The translations under genes were made by a program, and so were the position numbers. A stretch of DNA of 54,299 nt, filler included, from Sluysia triapertura (taxonomy: Eukaryota), in NCBI GenBank assembly GCA_046118255.1. It is 4 parts of 4 records of this genome, joined end to end, with 100 filler letters (N's around TTAATTAATTAA, not from the genome) between each part and the next. Parts side by side here need not be neighbours in the genome. Positions count along the whole stretch, not along the records: positions 24,802 to 41,155 come from JBJNIA010205925.1; positions 41,256 to 54,299 come from JBJNIA010063637.1; 2 more parts are not named here. One strand, given 5' to 3'. The notes beneath the pieces are model-generated. The model saw nothing but the letters and a program-made list of their open reading frames with translations, was not told the origin of the DNA and made no database searches. This document shows positions 39,005 to 52,677 of the stretch, piece by piece; the stretch's first letter is position 1, and each line of letters opens with the position of its first letter.

Positions 39005-39150
39005 AACGATGGCATGTTTTTATCGATTTGTGGCATGAATTGATCGATGTGGCATGAATTGATCGATGTGGCATGAATTGATCGATATGTGATATGAATT
39101 AATCAATTTGTGACATGAATTGATCGATACATGGTATGAATTGATCGATA
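39005..39150. repeat. Minisatellite, 19-21-nt unit (gatgtggcatgaattgatc)
   Basis: About 6-7 diverging tandem copies, close to an N gap. Confidence 0.9.
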
Positions 39151-39627
39151 TTGATTTTGTGGATATTGCATTGTTTCCATTCTTGATTCGTTCTGTAAAA
39201 GTATTTATCTTGTCAATCNNNNNNNNNNNNNNNNNNNNNNNNNNNNNNNNNNNNNNNNNNNNNNNNNNNNNNNNNNNNNNNNNNNNNNNNNNNNNNNNNN
39301 NNNNNNNNNNNNNNNNNNNNNNNNNNNNNNNNNNNNNNNNNNNNNNNNNNNNNNNNNNNNNNNNNNNNNNNNNNNNNNNNNNNNNNNNNNNNNNNNNNNN
39401 NNNNNNNNTCAACATTATCGTAATATAAATATGATCTATAAAAGTTGTGTTGTTGATAAAATGTTTTTCAAAATTTTAGTAAACATAGAATTTATTTATC
39501 AACAAATAGTACAAAATGTGTGTGTGTGTGTGCGTCCCGATTACATGTACCTCTGTTTTTCGTCATATGTAAGGACATATTTGCAAGCAGACATACAAGT
39601 AGATGCCGATGATTATGATATTATTAA

Positions 39628-39675
<48 letters not shown>

Positions 39676-39829
39676 CCAAATAATATTTCTGTCACATATT
39701 TATTAAAATAGAATTTGAATTTACTGATGAAATATTAAACAAGCAATGAAAGAAAGCAATTGATTGATTGATCTGAAGACAACTTTATTCTACCAATACG
39801 TTTTCGAGATTCACTATTCGATGATTAAT

Positions 39830-40172
39830 AACAGTGCGCGAAAATGTGAGTACTCGTAATAGCACACAACAGCTGATTTTGTGTAATGAAGGTTCACAAG
39901 GTTTTTTTGAGATTTTGGGGATCGCGAGAAATTTGAAAGTTATAGTAAAGTAGTCACAAGAAAATATTCTTTAAATATGACAAGTGTAATTTTAAATAAT
40001 TTTTAATACAATTGATATTATTGGACGACAAAATAGTATATAGTAAGCAGTATAACAAGAGTCGTATGTTGTAATATGTTTAAAAAATTTTTTATTTTTA
40101 GTCCTCCATAGGAGTCGCGAAAAATTTGGACTCGTAAAGAGGGTCGCAGAGCAAGGGGTGTGAAGACAACTG
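39830..40172. mobile_element. Decayed Buster-type hAT MITE remnant
   Basis: Subterminal GG(G/A)TCGCG-like repeats; terminus tgaagacaaCTG followed by tacTAaac. Left end uncertain. Confidence 0.5.
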
Positions 40173-40278
40173 TACTAAACAATTACATAGAAATATAATT
40201 TATAATTAGAATATATGATTGATCTGTGAGAATTTGGGTTTTTGAAACTTTCATTTTATATATTTATGTGTTGTTTAT

Positions 40279-40336
40279 GTGAGTCCTCTAGGATACCGGG
40301 ATTACACACTTAAGGACCGATATACAGATATCAGCG
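40279..40336 (-). other. Structured hairpin family, divergent copy 4
   Basis: Minus strand tctgtATATCGGtccTTAagtgtgTAAtcCCGGTATcctagaggactcac; the stem is kept although its sequence differs from copy 1. Confidence 0.7.
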
Positions 40337-43300
40337 TAAGAATATGGTTGCATGTAATGGAGGTCCAAGATAATTTAAATTAGGCGAGATTAAAATCGCT
40401 TTAGTTTATTTGTGTTCTAAAATGATCTTTTTTTCAATTATTTTAAATTAGTATAGCTAGTTATTAATTGTGTTTATTTTAAATCTATTTAAATTAATTT
40501 TTTGGCATATAAAAATTTTGTTAGTTTTATGTAACACGAATTTTGTTATTAAAAGATTGCAATAATGCAACACAAAAGTTTTTTATTTATAATTATAACA
40601 CAAAATTTCCAATAAAAATTTTAATTATAAAACTATAAGTAATACAAATTTTTTAATTATCAAAATTACAAAAGTTATTACGAAATATAATTATACTCCA
40701 GTAAAATATCTTAGTATTGTAGTAATAATAAATTTCTTAGAAAATAATATACTCCCCAAAAATAAATGTATGCAATAATAAGTTAATACTTTGAAAATAT
40801 TATTGATTTAATAATATTCTGAATTGATTTTATAAATTATATTTTATATTTGTAATGTAGACGTTACTAAAGATTTATTAGATATTATATCAAAATTTAT
40901 CTTAATTAAAACAAAAATTGAATAATAATAACTAACGATTAATTTTTTATTTGCAAAATTTATGTTCAAAGACAATCCGGAATTAACAAAGAATTGTACA
41001 ATATTGTAGAAAAACATACTGTAAAAATATCGATAATAAATTTTAAACTAAATTCGTTTTATCTGGTTAATGTCTGTACAATTTAACCCTTTGAGTGCCA
41101 ACATGATTTTTAGAGAATTATCTAAAAGTGCCAGGATGCTACACAAAAATGAAAANNNNNNNNNNNNNNNNNNNNNNNNNNNNNNNNNNNNNNNNNNNNT
41201 TAATTAATTAANNNNNNNNNNNNNNNNNNNNNNNNNNNNNNNNNNNNNNNNNNNNGTTTGTCAGACCGTAACAGGCTGACTTAATATTTAAAATAGTACA
41301 TCATATTGTCAGACCGTAAAAAGGCTGACTTAAAATACATAAAGTATAAATAAATAATAAATCGAAGAGTTAGCGATTTTAAGATTACTTATATAAACTC
41401 CTGTTAATATTGCATTAAATAATAGGTAAATTCCTTCATTGTGCAATTAGCTAACAATATAATTACGTCTCCGATCAGGTATAAAACATGTCTAATTAGT
41501 CGAACCGACCCTCACGATTTATTTTGCAAGAGTAAACCCAAGTTTTTTATAAAACACTTGCAAAATAAACTTATTTGTTTTTCGTAATCATTACTGCCAA
41601 ATGAATTTAAGTTGATATTTCTATTCCTCCTTCCACAATTTTTGACGACATTTTATTCGCTTTCTTTATCGTCCATGTTTTAATTTTGAAATACTTTTGA
41701 TAAAAGGTATTAATTTTGGTTACTTTTTATTGATTTTTTTACTGTAAATTTTTAATTTTATATTTAATAAAATCTTGTAAATAAAAATTGCATAGATCTG
41801 TTTGAATAAGTGGAAAAGATATACTATACAATGAATACATAAGTTTATTTGAATAGATGGAAAAGAAAATTAACAATAAAGAATAAAGAATTTATTTTGC
41901 TTGTGATGTAGGAGATTATAAAATAATATGAACTGAAAAGAAAGTAACTATGATTTGATAACATTCAAGTGAAAAAAATGACGATAGCGGGTGAAAATAA
42001 GTTGGTGGTTGTGGTGGTATTAATAGTAATAGTAACATAGTAGAGAATGAAACACTAGAATAACAATAATGAGAACAATAACAAAAATAGCAATAATACT
42101 TGAATTTGGGTACATGTTTTGATATGGAAAAATTTGTTCATGTATAAAAACATGTTGTTCGTGCGAAAATGTATGAAATGTAAAAGTAATTGTAATAATG
42201 TCGTAATTGAGTATTGATTGTATATTGAATTTTTATTGCTGCTTCTGGTTTATTTTTCTATGTTAGTGTGGATTTGATCTCACTACAACCATCGCTAAGT
42301 TTGTTTCTGCTGAACCTTATATAAACCACGTTACATTAAAGTTCACAGAATGCCAAAGTAAAAGTAACAACTTAAAGTACTGTAAAGAATATCTCTAAAA
42401 GAAAAGAAAACCAAAGTCCAGAATGTCAGAAACATGGAATGGCACTCACATCAGGAGAACGCCAACTGAATGACTTTATCAAAGCAGAAATGAAAATAAA
42501 TATGGCGTGTTTTTGCAAAATGATTTTATTAATATTATGGGTCCATCTACGATATAAATTTTATATTCTTACGAAAGACGTATGTACAGGAGCGAGGATC
42601 TCGATTTAAATTATATAAATATTGGTTTATTCATTTATAATGATATGTTTATTAGTATCTAACACAGTACTTTGGAATAAATTTTATCAACAATAAAATA
42701 TTACTAATAACAGTACAAAATCTAGATATAATGTTAGTAAACTTAAACTACAAAAGAGTAATATACAAAGACTAGTATCACTAAATATCTTTCTAACAAT
42801 TAAATATATCAGATATCAGTTAAAAATTATCAATAACGTTACTAAAAGTATGGGCTGCTTTATGTAATGATTTTGTAGCTGTTACATTAAAATAGCTCAG
42901 GTTCAAAGAAGTTTACGTAGAATTTTGTGTTCCCAGTCTAAAGTGTATAAAATGATTTTAAAGTGATTTTAAGTATTAGTTGCACTTAAGTAAGGCGAAA
43001 ATCTTATTCAAAATGAACTTACCGTAACAATATCTATGATTCATGCACAGTCAACTATTTGTGATTAACAATATTTGTAATACATATTCACATACGTAAT
43101 TGTCTACAACTATTTGTTTAATTTCATTGATTTCTAATTTTTAACCACATTTGTCATTATTGTGAAATTTTAAAGAATTTTAAATTAAAAAGTATGTTTG
43201 ATTTTTAAATTTTATTAAAATATTTTATATTTCAATTAAAATTATTATAAATTTTTAAATTATTATTAAAATTATTCCTAATGTGATCCAAATAAATTAT

Positions 43301-43961
43301 TAATTTTAAAATTTTAAATATATTATTTTGTTTTAATCTGAACAAGGTCAGATTAAAACAACTATAAAAACATTACTCAAAACGTATAACTTCACAACAA
43401 ATGTTTGATTATAAATTTGATAAAAAGAATTTTTAGTTCTTCGTTCGGAAAACAATTACTCAAATTCTATTCCAGGATCACGTTAGGTTAATTTTTGATA
43501 AGGTTAGATATTCATCGAATATCAAACGTAAAATAGACGTAAATTCATAAACTTTTATCTGGATCGTATAAAGATCCAAAGAAAAATATTATCTAAAATT
43601 CCATTGTATATAAACTAATTGTAATTAGTTTAACGTAATTTTACTATTTTTATTATTTTGTTCCTTAATTTGTTGTTTATATTAACTTTGGTAATAAAAT
43701 GTTAATTTGTTACTTAAATTTTTCCATTATAGTTTTAAAATTTTAAAATTCAATCGATTCCAAAGATTTCACACACTAGAAGTTAATTCTAGTTGGTAAA
43801 ATCTATTTTTCTGATTCCATATAACGGAATCTACGTAATACTATCATTTAAATTTGTTGCATTTGATATATAATTAAATTAATTAAAATTTTAAAATATT
43901 TACCTCCAGAGTTAAGGTATTAGGTAAAATCATTATAGTCAAGCATCTTTTTCTTACGTTA

Positions 43962-44012
43962 AAATCCAACGGCTGGCCCTCACTGGTAAATCCAGTACGT
44001 TGGTGATCTCAC
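43962..44012 (+). other. Structured hairpin family copy 5
   Basis: CCAACG-g-CTGG-ccctcactggtaaat-CCAG-ta-CGTTGG-tgatctcac; compensatory CTGG/CCAG versus CTAG/CTAG. Confidence 0.9.
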
Positions 44013-46136
44013 GTTGATTTTAATTTTAATTTATTCTCAATTAAGTAAATTTTCTTGCAATATTATATTATATCATATTATACTATATTATATTATTATT
44101 ATTATTATATTTTATTTTATATGAAATTATATTATTTGAGTTAAAATTTTATTATTATCTTGTTGATTTTATTGAACTGTGCGACCCGCCTAAGGATACT
44201 TCTTCTTAAATAGGCCAACTTTCCTAAAACAGTTGCCAAACCTTGTTAATTATATTTGCGCATTATGTACTTGTACTATGTGAATAAATGTGAGATTGAG
44301 TAAAAAGTAAAACGTGAAAATAATCTAAAATTAATATTAGTAATATTAATAAAAACTGTAATTCATTTTCTACTTAATACTTTTTAAAAGAATATTTTGA
44401 TAAGTTTAGAAAATACATGAATAAAAACATTGATAATATTTAAAAATATCTAAATAATGACAAAAATGCCTTGATTGAACAAGTCAAAATAAGAAAAAGA
44501 AAAAGCAGAATGTAAAGAATATAGATAAAATCTTACCATACTTAATTAGCAAAAATAAAACGCTAGAGATTAAATAGTATCGTTATAGAACAAAAAAACA
44601 TGTGAAGACAATAAAATTGACATGAAAAAATGAATGCTAACACACACAAATGCAAGAGGTTATAAAATTATATTGTAGAACTAAATTTACTCGTACCTAA
44701 AAAAATATTGATCATATAATTTTAAAAAGGGATTTATGTTGATTATATAAAAGCATTAGAGAGAAATTCTAGATATAAAATGACTAATTATATAATCCAA
44801 AATGTCATTTGTAAAGTTAACAAATAAGAAATTTATTACTTATTTCATTTATAAACTAAAACAAAGTTAATATTCATAATTCTTAAGTAATTATTAATAG
44901 AATTAATAATTTTGTGCTAGTAGATAAAGGTAATTGAAAAATTCTACAATTGTGACAATTTTTGAAAATAATCAATCCATAAAATATTTATTACAATGGA
45001 ATAATTTTAAGTATACAACTAATAAATTTGCTTTTGTTTTCTTTAATTTATTAAATAGAATTTTTAAAAATTTAAATATATTAATATTTATTGTTAGAAA
45101 AAATTGAAAAGTTTAATATGTCCTGTTATTAAATTATCTATTATGTGAAAGATGGACTTTCAATTTTTAATAAAAGTTGAAATATATTTACAAAAACCAG
45201 TGTGTTTTATTGAAGTTAAATCAATCAAAAGAGTGAGAATTTGTTAATAAATTGAATATTGACAAACTTGTAAACAATTGAGTGTACAAATTTGAATTTT
45301 ATAATATAATGTTGTCATGAAATACATTAATATTGAATTTTTACTACTTTTATTTGTTTGATGATGGTTTGACAGCTTTGAAATTAAAAGATATGATTGT
45401 TGTTATAGAAGCATTAGTGAAACAAAACGTAGCAATAACTGTATTACATTTATACTGAATTACACTTAATTATTATTATTATTATGAATTAGTTAATATA
45501 TTACTAATATCTATAATAAAATATAGCTTTAGAACAGTAAATACTTCAATATTTCCATCGAATATATTTAATTTCATTAAATATAAGGAAAGCTTAAGGA
45601 TCTTAAAATAAAGTAACATTTAAGAAAGTGATATGTTAATGAGTAAGATTGTAAAACATAAATTACCAAACATTTAAGGTTGTAATTATATTTTTTTGAA
45701 CGGTTATTTTTATAAGAATCAATATTTGCTTATTCAGTGGCTGAATATATAGTTTCAGCATAAAATATTTTTTAAAATCTGCTTATTTAAAATTAACTAA
45801 CAATTAATTGTTGTAATATTCATATTTGTAATTTTTATTGTTGTATCATACCTATCTATACGTGTTAAACATTTGTATTTTAAAAATTGTGAATATATAA
45901 ATTATTTTAGAAGTTCATATTATAGAATAACAATTCATAAAATCAGAATATAACACTAAACTCATATTATACAAATCCTTTTCATAGGATTATCGTAAAA
46001 TTTCATAATTAAACTATAATAATACCAAAATTCTTTAACCTCCAGAATTCAGTTTGCAATTAAGCTTAAAGTACTTTAGGAATAGACCAGCGAGCATTAA
46101 GAAGTTCTTAATCTTCAATTAAAATTCTTTTATTTA

Positions 46137-46186
46137 AAATCCAAGCCTAACCCTAACCGGTAAGCCTAGTACGTTGGTGGACTCAC
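46137..46186 (+). other. Structured hairpin family copy 6
   Basis: aaatccaagcctaaccctaaccggtaagcctagtacgttggtggactcac. Confidence 0.92.
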
Positions 46187-46632
46187 GTGTAAGTTTGCTT
46201 TATTCTATTAGTGTAAGGTTAGAAAAGCCCAGAATATATATACTTTCAGATTTCGAGTACACAAAATAAAAAAAGACATGAAATATATAGGTGTCAGTTT
46301 ACTTTCTATGATTCTGATAAATCTTCCATCTATATTTAAAGATGTTTGTTACGAATTCGAGTGAGTTTTTATAATCTGTATAACTTTATTATATAACATA
46401 ATAATATTTTTCTCGAAGTAGAATTGTCGAGAAGAGATTTGTTATTTAAAATTGGATATCTTGATTTCAAAGACGCAGGAGCTTGTAATAATATGGTAAA
46501 TTTCTTGAAATGTTTTAATTTGAACAAGATCTTCACTAGTTATTAAGTTTTGTTTTCGTTATTAAACGAAAAAAACCACACACGCCGATTAGTATGTTAG
46601 TATGACAAATAAGATTAATGTTAATGAAGTTA

Positions 46633-47051
46633 GGGGTCGTTCGGAAAACACGTCACACTAAAAATGGCCTTTTTAGACCCCCCTTCCCCTTGTCACAAAT
46701 TCTCAAACTCCTCCCCCCTCAGTATCACGTCACACTTTGAAAAAGAAAAATTTAAACTAATTAATTATTTTTAATTAAATCATTATTTTTAATTAAATAA
46801 TTAAAAATAATTATTTTAATCATCTTCTTAAGTTTATGTCTATCGTTTCTATCTCTTTAAATATTGATAAAAAAATTATTTTAAAATGCTTTTTTTACTT
46901 CTCTAGTTTAAAAGTTTTTAATTTTTTTTTGCCCAAAAAAAAATGCGTGACGTCACAAAATCTAAGACCCCCCTCCCCCCTGCCACAATGTGTCACACCT
47001 TTCTAGACCCCCCCTCCCCCCTAAAGTGTGACGTGTTTTCCGAACGACCCC
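46633..47051. mobile_element. Young MITE with perfect 27-bp TIRs
   Basis: GGGGTCGTTCGGAAAACACGTCACACT (46633-46659) and its exact reverse complement (47025-47051), TA on both flanks, internal AGACCCCC-TCCCC and GTCACA repeats. Superfamily uncertain (TA target; Harbinger-like GGGG termini). Confidence 0.93.
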
Positions 47052-48513
47052 TAAATAATGCTGCCATTTGACAAATTACTCTTAACTGACAATATAAAAA
47101 ACAAGGAGCCAAGTTTTATACGTTGTTGATATAGAAAAATTAATTTGAAGAATTAAATTCGTATCAAGTATCTTAAGAGAAAATATAAAAGGATTAATTT
47201 GGTACCGAATATTTTATCAGAATATAACAGAATTAATTGTTAATATATTACTAATGATTGAATATAAAGAATATCTTATTCCAGTTTTACTTTAAAAGTT
47301 GTAAGTTATTTTTTATCTGAATCCAAAATTAAATTTTCGATTAAGATTTTGTCTGCTTGTTAATAAAATTAATTGTATATTATTGTTTTTTAAAATAAAT
47401 TTTATCGTATAGTTTTATTTACTTTCGCTGAGTAAGTATTAGAACAGATATAAAGTTAAGTTAAAATAAAAGAAGAAAACGTTTTGAAATTCTTGTAAAG
47501 TGTATTAAGAAGTTTAAAGTTGAATAAAGGTTTGACAAAGTGAATCAGACAGGTTTAATTCTGTAGATTAAAGTAAAGTTTCTTCAATAATATTAAAATA
47601 CATAGAAGAATTCAAATCGATAAACTTTAAAGAACTAGAACTTTTGTTAAGCACTTCTATATCGAATAACTCAGACGAGTATTCGAGTTCACATTTCCAG
47701 ATAAAGCAACCATAATAGACAGAGTATAGACATTACTTGCAGAATTAGTTAATAAAAGAAATACCCATTAATAAAAGATTGTACCTTCAGACAAATTTAA
47801 GTAGTAATATAAAGTGTAAACAACATTAAAGAAGTTTAGATTATTACCAGAGATTAAGAGTTCATACAAGCACACACAAATTTTATAAACGCATCACCTA
47901 TTAAAATAAATTTGTATATTATTATTATTAATTTTGTTTTACAAAACTTTAAAAGAATTTAAACTTAATCGGGGGATAGGTGTATTTTCAGATTATGGAA
48001 GTGAACAATTTTGAAAAAATTTTCAGAATTAATAACATAATCATTTATTATAATAAAAAAAATAATTTCATATCGAATAATATTTTCTATTCAAATTATT
48101 ATTGTTGAAATTAACATTTATTACAAATAAAAACTTTTATTGCCTTTTTTGATGATTTTAGTATCATTTATTATTGGTAAATGTTTAACATAAATTAAGT
48201 TTGTCATTTTAAATATCAATTTATTTAAATAAAAATATAAATATAAATGAAACCAAATTATTGAGCTGACCCAGCAAAATTAAGACATGAATATCAAGTT
48301 TATATATTGTGTAAATATTGCTTTTTTCTATGCTGAAAAATAATTTCTTTTTCAAAAAGCCAAATAAATGATTATAAAAATAATTATCATTTGTTATTTC
48401 TTAATACGTTTTATATATGCAAATAGAACAAAATGATAGCTCAATGAACCTGTGGGAATTTTTAAAAGATAAAGTAAGATTAAGATAAAATAAGAATAAA
48501 ATAAGATTTTTAC

Positions 48514-48564
48514 GTGAGTCCACCAACGTAACAGGCTTACCAGTTAGAACTAGCCGTTGGATTT
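48514..48564 (-). other. Structured hairpin family copy 7
   Basis: Plus strand gtgagtccaccaacgtaacaggcttaccagttagaactagccgttggattt. Confidence 0.92.
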
Positions 48565-51500
48565 ATAGAGAAAAGATTTTTTAATAACTTCCTAAGGTTC
48601 TAAAGTATCTGTGAATAAGGTTCTTCGAATAATTTGCTGTCAAATAATAATTCAGAAATTAAATATTTAAATGTTTAAGCTGTGGAGGTATATTAAGGAA
48701 AATGGGAGTAAATTCAAATATTTTATTAACTGAAAAAATAACAGTTGAATTATTTAAAGAATAATTTTCGAAAAGGATTTGTAATAAATGATTTTACGTG
48801 ATCAGAATTAAATTCTTATAAAGCTTTAATACACGGGCGATTTTATGATTTTGAAACGATATAAATTATTTGGTACTCAAATATTCAAATAACAAGATTT
48901 TTTCTTGAATATGTATTAATAAATGCAATTATACAACAATTTAATAATTATAATTAAGAAATAAACGTTTATTACTACCAGAGTTAATATTTTTTTGTAA
49001 GAAATTTTAATTTGATTTTTCGTAGGAACCGTTAAAAGGTTCCGTATATCTTTAAAAAACAGATTTTAAGTGGAATTTGAGTTTGATACTTATATGTATC
49101 GAATCTTACAAAAGGAAACTAACGTTTTCTTTTAAATTATTCGATAATTAAAGAAAAGTTTTTTGATCAGTTGGGTGTTGTTTGTCAAGTGTGAAAAAGT
49201 GTTTCTTGGAATTGTACAATGAAACTCTATTGTAGTTTAAAAATATCAAGTGAGAAGTTTTCTTTAGATTTGGCAATGTGTCCTTGTCCAACGAAAATCT
49301 ACTGTAGTTTTTAAAATTTTTTGTGAGTGGTGTAAATTTTTTCATGTATTTTTGTAATGTCCTTGACTGAATTAATTTAAAGCAAATGATATATATAAAA
49401 AAATATTTAATTTTGAAAAACGAAATAATTAAAAGCATGATATAAAAACTATTTAATTAATATTAATTTTATAAATTAATAAACACTTACGTTTGTTTAT
49501 TTTCGAAAATCAAAAATAATATTGTAATTCCAAATGTAAATCAATTGTTATAATTATGTTAAAAATATAAATAGTATTATTAAAATCAATAAAGATAACA
49601 TAATAATAATGTACATAACAATTGTTACTAATAATAAATCGTCAATAATCAATAATAACATTAAAACGTCACATTCATCAATCACTACGTCGTCTATTTT
49701 ATTAAATCTGATATTATATCTGTAGTGTCTCAGAAAAAAATTAAAATCTAAGTTAAACGATCTAAATATATGAATTTATATATATGAATCTAAATATATG
49801 TGAAAGACGATAGTCATTTTCATCCAATATCCATTAAAATATTAAGAGAAGCTTGTAAAACGCTGAAAGATTTACATTTTTAACTTTAAATGTTCAATTG
49901 AATTTATCAATTTATCTTATCCTTGATAGCCTTTTCTTGTGCTACCTAAAAATATCATATGTATCATCTTTCATAATCAGAATTAATCTTTTCAATGTTA
50001 AAAGGTGTTAAAACATTTTCCTTAAAACACAAGGAAAATTTCATATTATGTTAAATTGTTTCATCTAGCCTAATGAAATCTGCAGTTGGGTTATTTGTAA
50101 TTGTTTTTACTAGTTTTCGGCTTAATATCTTCACACACATACACACACCCAACACTTCATACTAATGTGATCAAAAGGTTTTGAAAGTCTTTTTTTAAGT
50201 TTCTGGCCTTGGCGTTTTTAAACAATAATTTTTGTCTTAATAAAAAATAATCATAAAAATGGATAATCAAAGTTATAATAATAATAAACACAATAATAGT
50301 AATAGTAATAATAATAACAATGATTATAATGAAAATAATAATAGTAATAACAAAATAAAAAAGATGATAAAATATTGAGCATTTTAAATTTACGAAAACA
50401 GAATTTATATATTTGTTATAATTTTAAAAACAAATAAATATTTAAAACGGGAAAAGAATGTAATTATTAAGTCTAAAGCAAGTTGTGATTGTACAAACAA
50501 TCCTCTTCGATTTTATTGTCTAACATAAACACAATAAAACACATTTATCACAGCACAAACATACATCAAAATATTCCAAACACTTACTAATACAAAAAAA
50601 TTACATTGCTTTCTTAAAAAACATCCAATATAATTCATAAAATTTATCTAATAAAAAAAATTTTGATTTTTTAAATATTATAACTTAACATGAGTCGCAA
50701 TTGTTTCATTATCATTACTATCGTTATTAGTACGATTTTAATTAGTGTTTTCAAGTTTTAATTAAATAACTCTGCCCAAAGCCCAAATAACATTAGTTAT
50801 CGAAACTATATTATATTATGTTATTTAATACTGATGGCCGAATTTTTATTATTAAATATAATGAGAATAATTAGAAGCTTTAAAAATAAAGAATGAAATT
50901 TATGCATAACTTTATGCTTGTAATAAATTAAGCATCGTTTTTAATGGAATAGAAATTTTGATACTGTGTAATTTTTGAAATTTAAAATAATAAATCAGTG
51001 TAATTTAAATGACCTTACTTTTGTCAGTTATTCATTTCTTTTTATTAAAGGATCTATATATAAATCCTTATTATGGGTATTTCCCATTTCACAGCAAAGG
51101 AAATAAGTCATAATCTTCTATGGGCCCATATTTTACCAAATGGTTTTAATTTCGTCATAAAATGATTAATGTCTTAATTATATAATGTGTTAATATGGAC
51201 ATTGGCATTGATTACCCAGATATTGATTAGAACTTTATAAAATGTGAATCTTATGAACTTTGAATTGATTATTATATTATTTTATGAATTAATTTATTTT
51301 TGAAAAGACAATTATTTTATTAATATGGAGTTAATTATTAATAATTATTTTGTTAATCTGGAATTGATTATTAAAATAGTTATTAATCTGGAATTAATTT
51401 TTAACAAACTAACGTAAGTATTTAAATATTTTAATTGTTTGTCTAAGTTAAAAATTATTTACAAGATCAAGGTCAGCTTAATAAGTATATAAGCACTACA

Positions 51501-52177
51501 AAAAATGCATTGTTCACACCATTTTGACTAATTTTTATAATACACTCAAAGTTGACCATAATTATAAAGACAATTATTTTTGTAACACTGGATCTTGGAC
51601 GTAATTACATTTTTCGACACTGTCGACTACTATAATTCTACTCCTATTATAATTTCACTTTTGCAGTACTTCTGATTCCTCAGGAAATCAATAAATCTAT
51701 CAAATTGGTTATAAAATAATTATTACTTTAGTTTATATATTAAGTTTATAATACTATTAGGTATCAACATAAAATATGGGTAAAATCATTTTTGTAAGAC
51801 ATTTTTGAAACTTTTAACAGTTTCAAAGTAAACTACGTTCTAAAATCTCTGTTTTCAAAAAATTAACAAATAATTAATTATCGTAATATTTGTTCTGTTA
51901 TATTGTTATATTACGTTTATTATTTTTACTTTGCGAATCTATCTTACAAAAAGAATTTTTTCATGTTATTGAATTATTAATTTCTATAGCTTTAAAATTT
52001 ATAAAATTATAAATTATAATTCTGAAAACGCAAAATCATTTGTTTTAAAATCCTTTTCATAGGATCTTTGTAAACTATTTTATAACTATATCATTGCTAT
52101 TAAATTATATTTAAAACATCTCTAGATCTAGCAAGCACTTAGGCAAGCATTAAAATATATTTTTTAATTGCAAGAAG

Positions 52178-52228
52178 AAACCCAACGGCTAGCCCTAACT
52201 GGTAAGCCTAGTACGTTGGTGAACTCAT
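52178..52228 (+). other. Structured hairpin family copy 8
   Basis: CCAACG-g-CTAG-ccctaactggtaagc-CTAG-ta-CGTTGG-tgaactcat. Confidence 0.92.
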
Positions 52229-52677
52229 GTATATAAGCTAACTTTTATTTTGACTGCGTATGTTATTTAAAAGAATCCCATCAAATGCCTCTGAAATAAC
52301 CAATGACAACATTGATGACAGTTTGTTAGCACCATCAACGTGACATGCCAAAATAAATAATTTTTATATTTAAGAAAAAATTCGGCTTATAGAAGGTTAA
52401 CATCACAGAAAAATTAAGGATGTCCGAGAGTACACTATTTATAAGTAATACAAATACTGTGATACTGAAATATTTTAAGAAAAAATAAAAGGTATCATAT
52501 GTTTGCGAATTTTATTCAGTTCTATATCAATCACGAATATATTAATTTTCTCAAATCTCAAAATGTATCTGCATTAAATACAACAATGAAATATTTCACA
52601 ATTTATTTAAGAGAAGTTAGTTATTGTATACTGTGGAAATTCTTCTTAAAGCTTATAGAATAAAGTAAAACTTTTAC

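Noticed and set aside
39005-39150. CRISPR-like array
   Set aside because: Head-to-tail minisatellite without unique spacers in a eukaryotic context.
41083-41110. Complete piggyBac elements at isolated TTAACCC ends (41083, 54226, 13628)
   Set aside because: Only single termini are visible; partner ends are in a gap, outside the window or unidentifiable.
45973-45990. ATCCTTTTCATAGGAT as a histone 3' stem-loop
   Set aside because: Lacks the GG..CC base and the 6-bp/4-nt geometry, and no histone ORF lies upstream.
49148-49438. 96-aa ORF as the product of the unit family
   Set aside because: No equivalent ORF in the other units; it lies in the variable segment.
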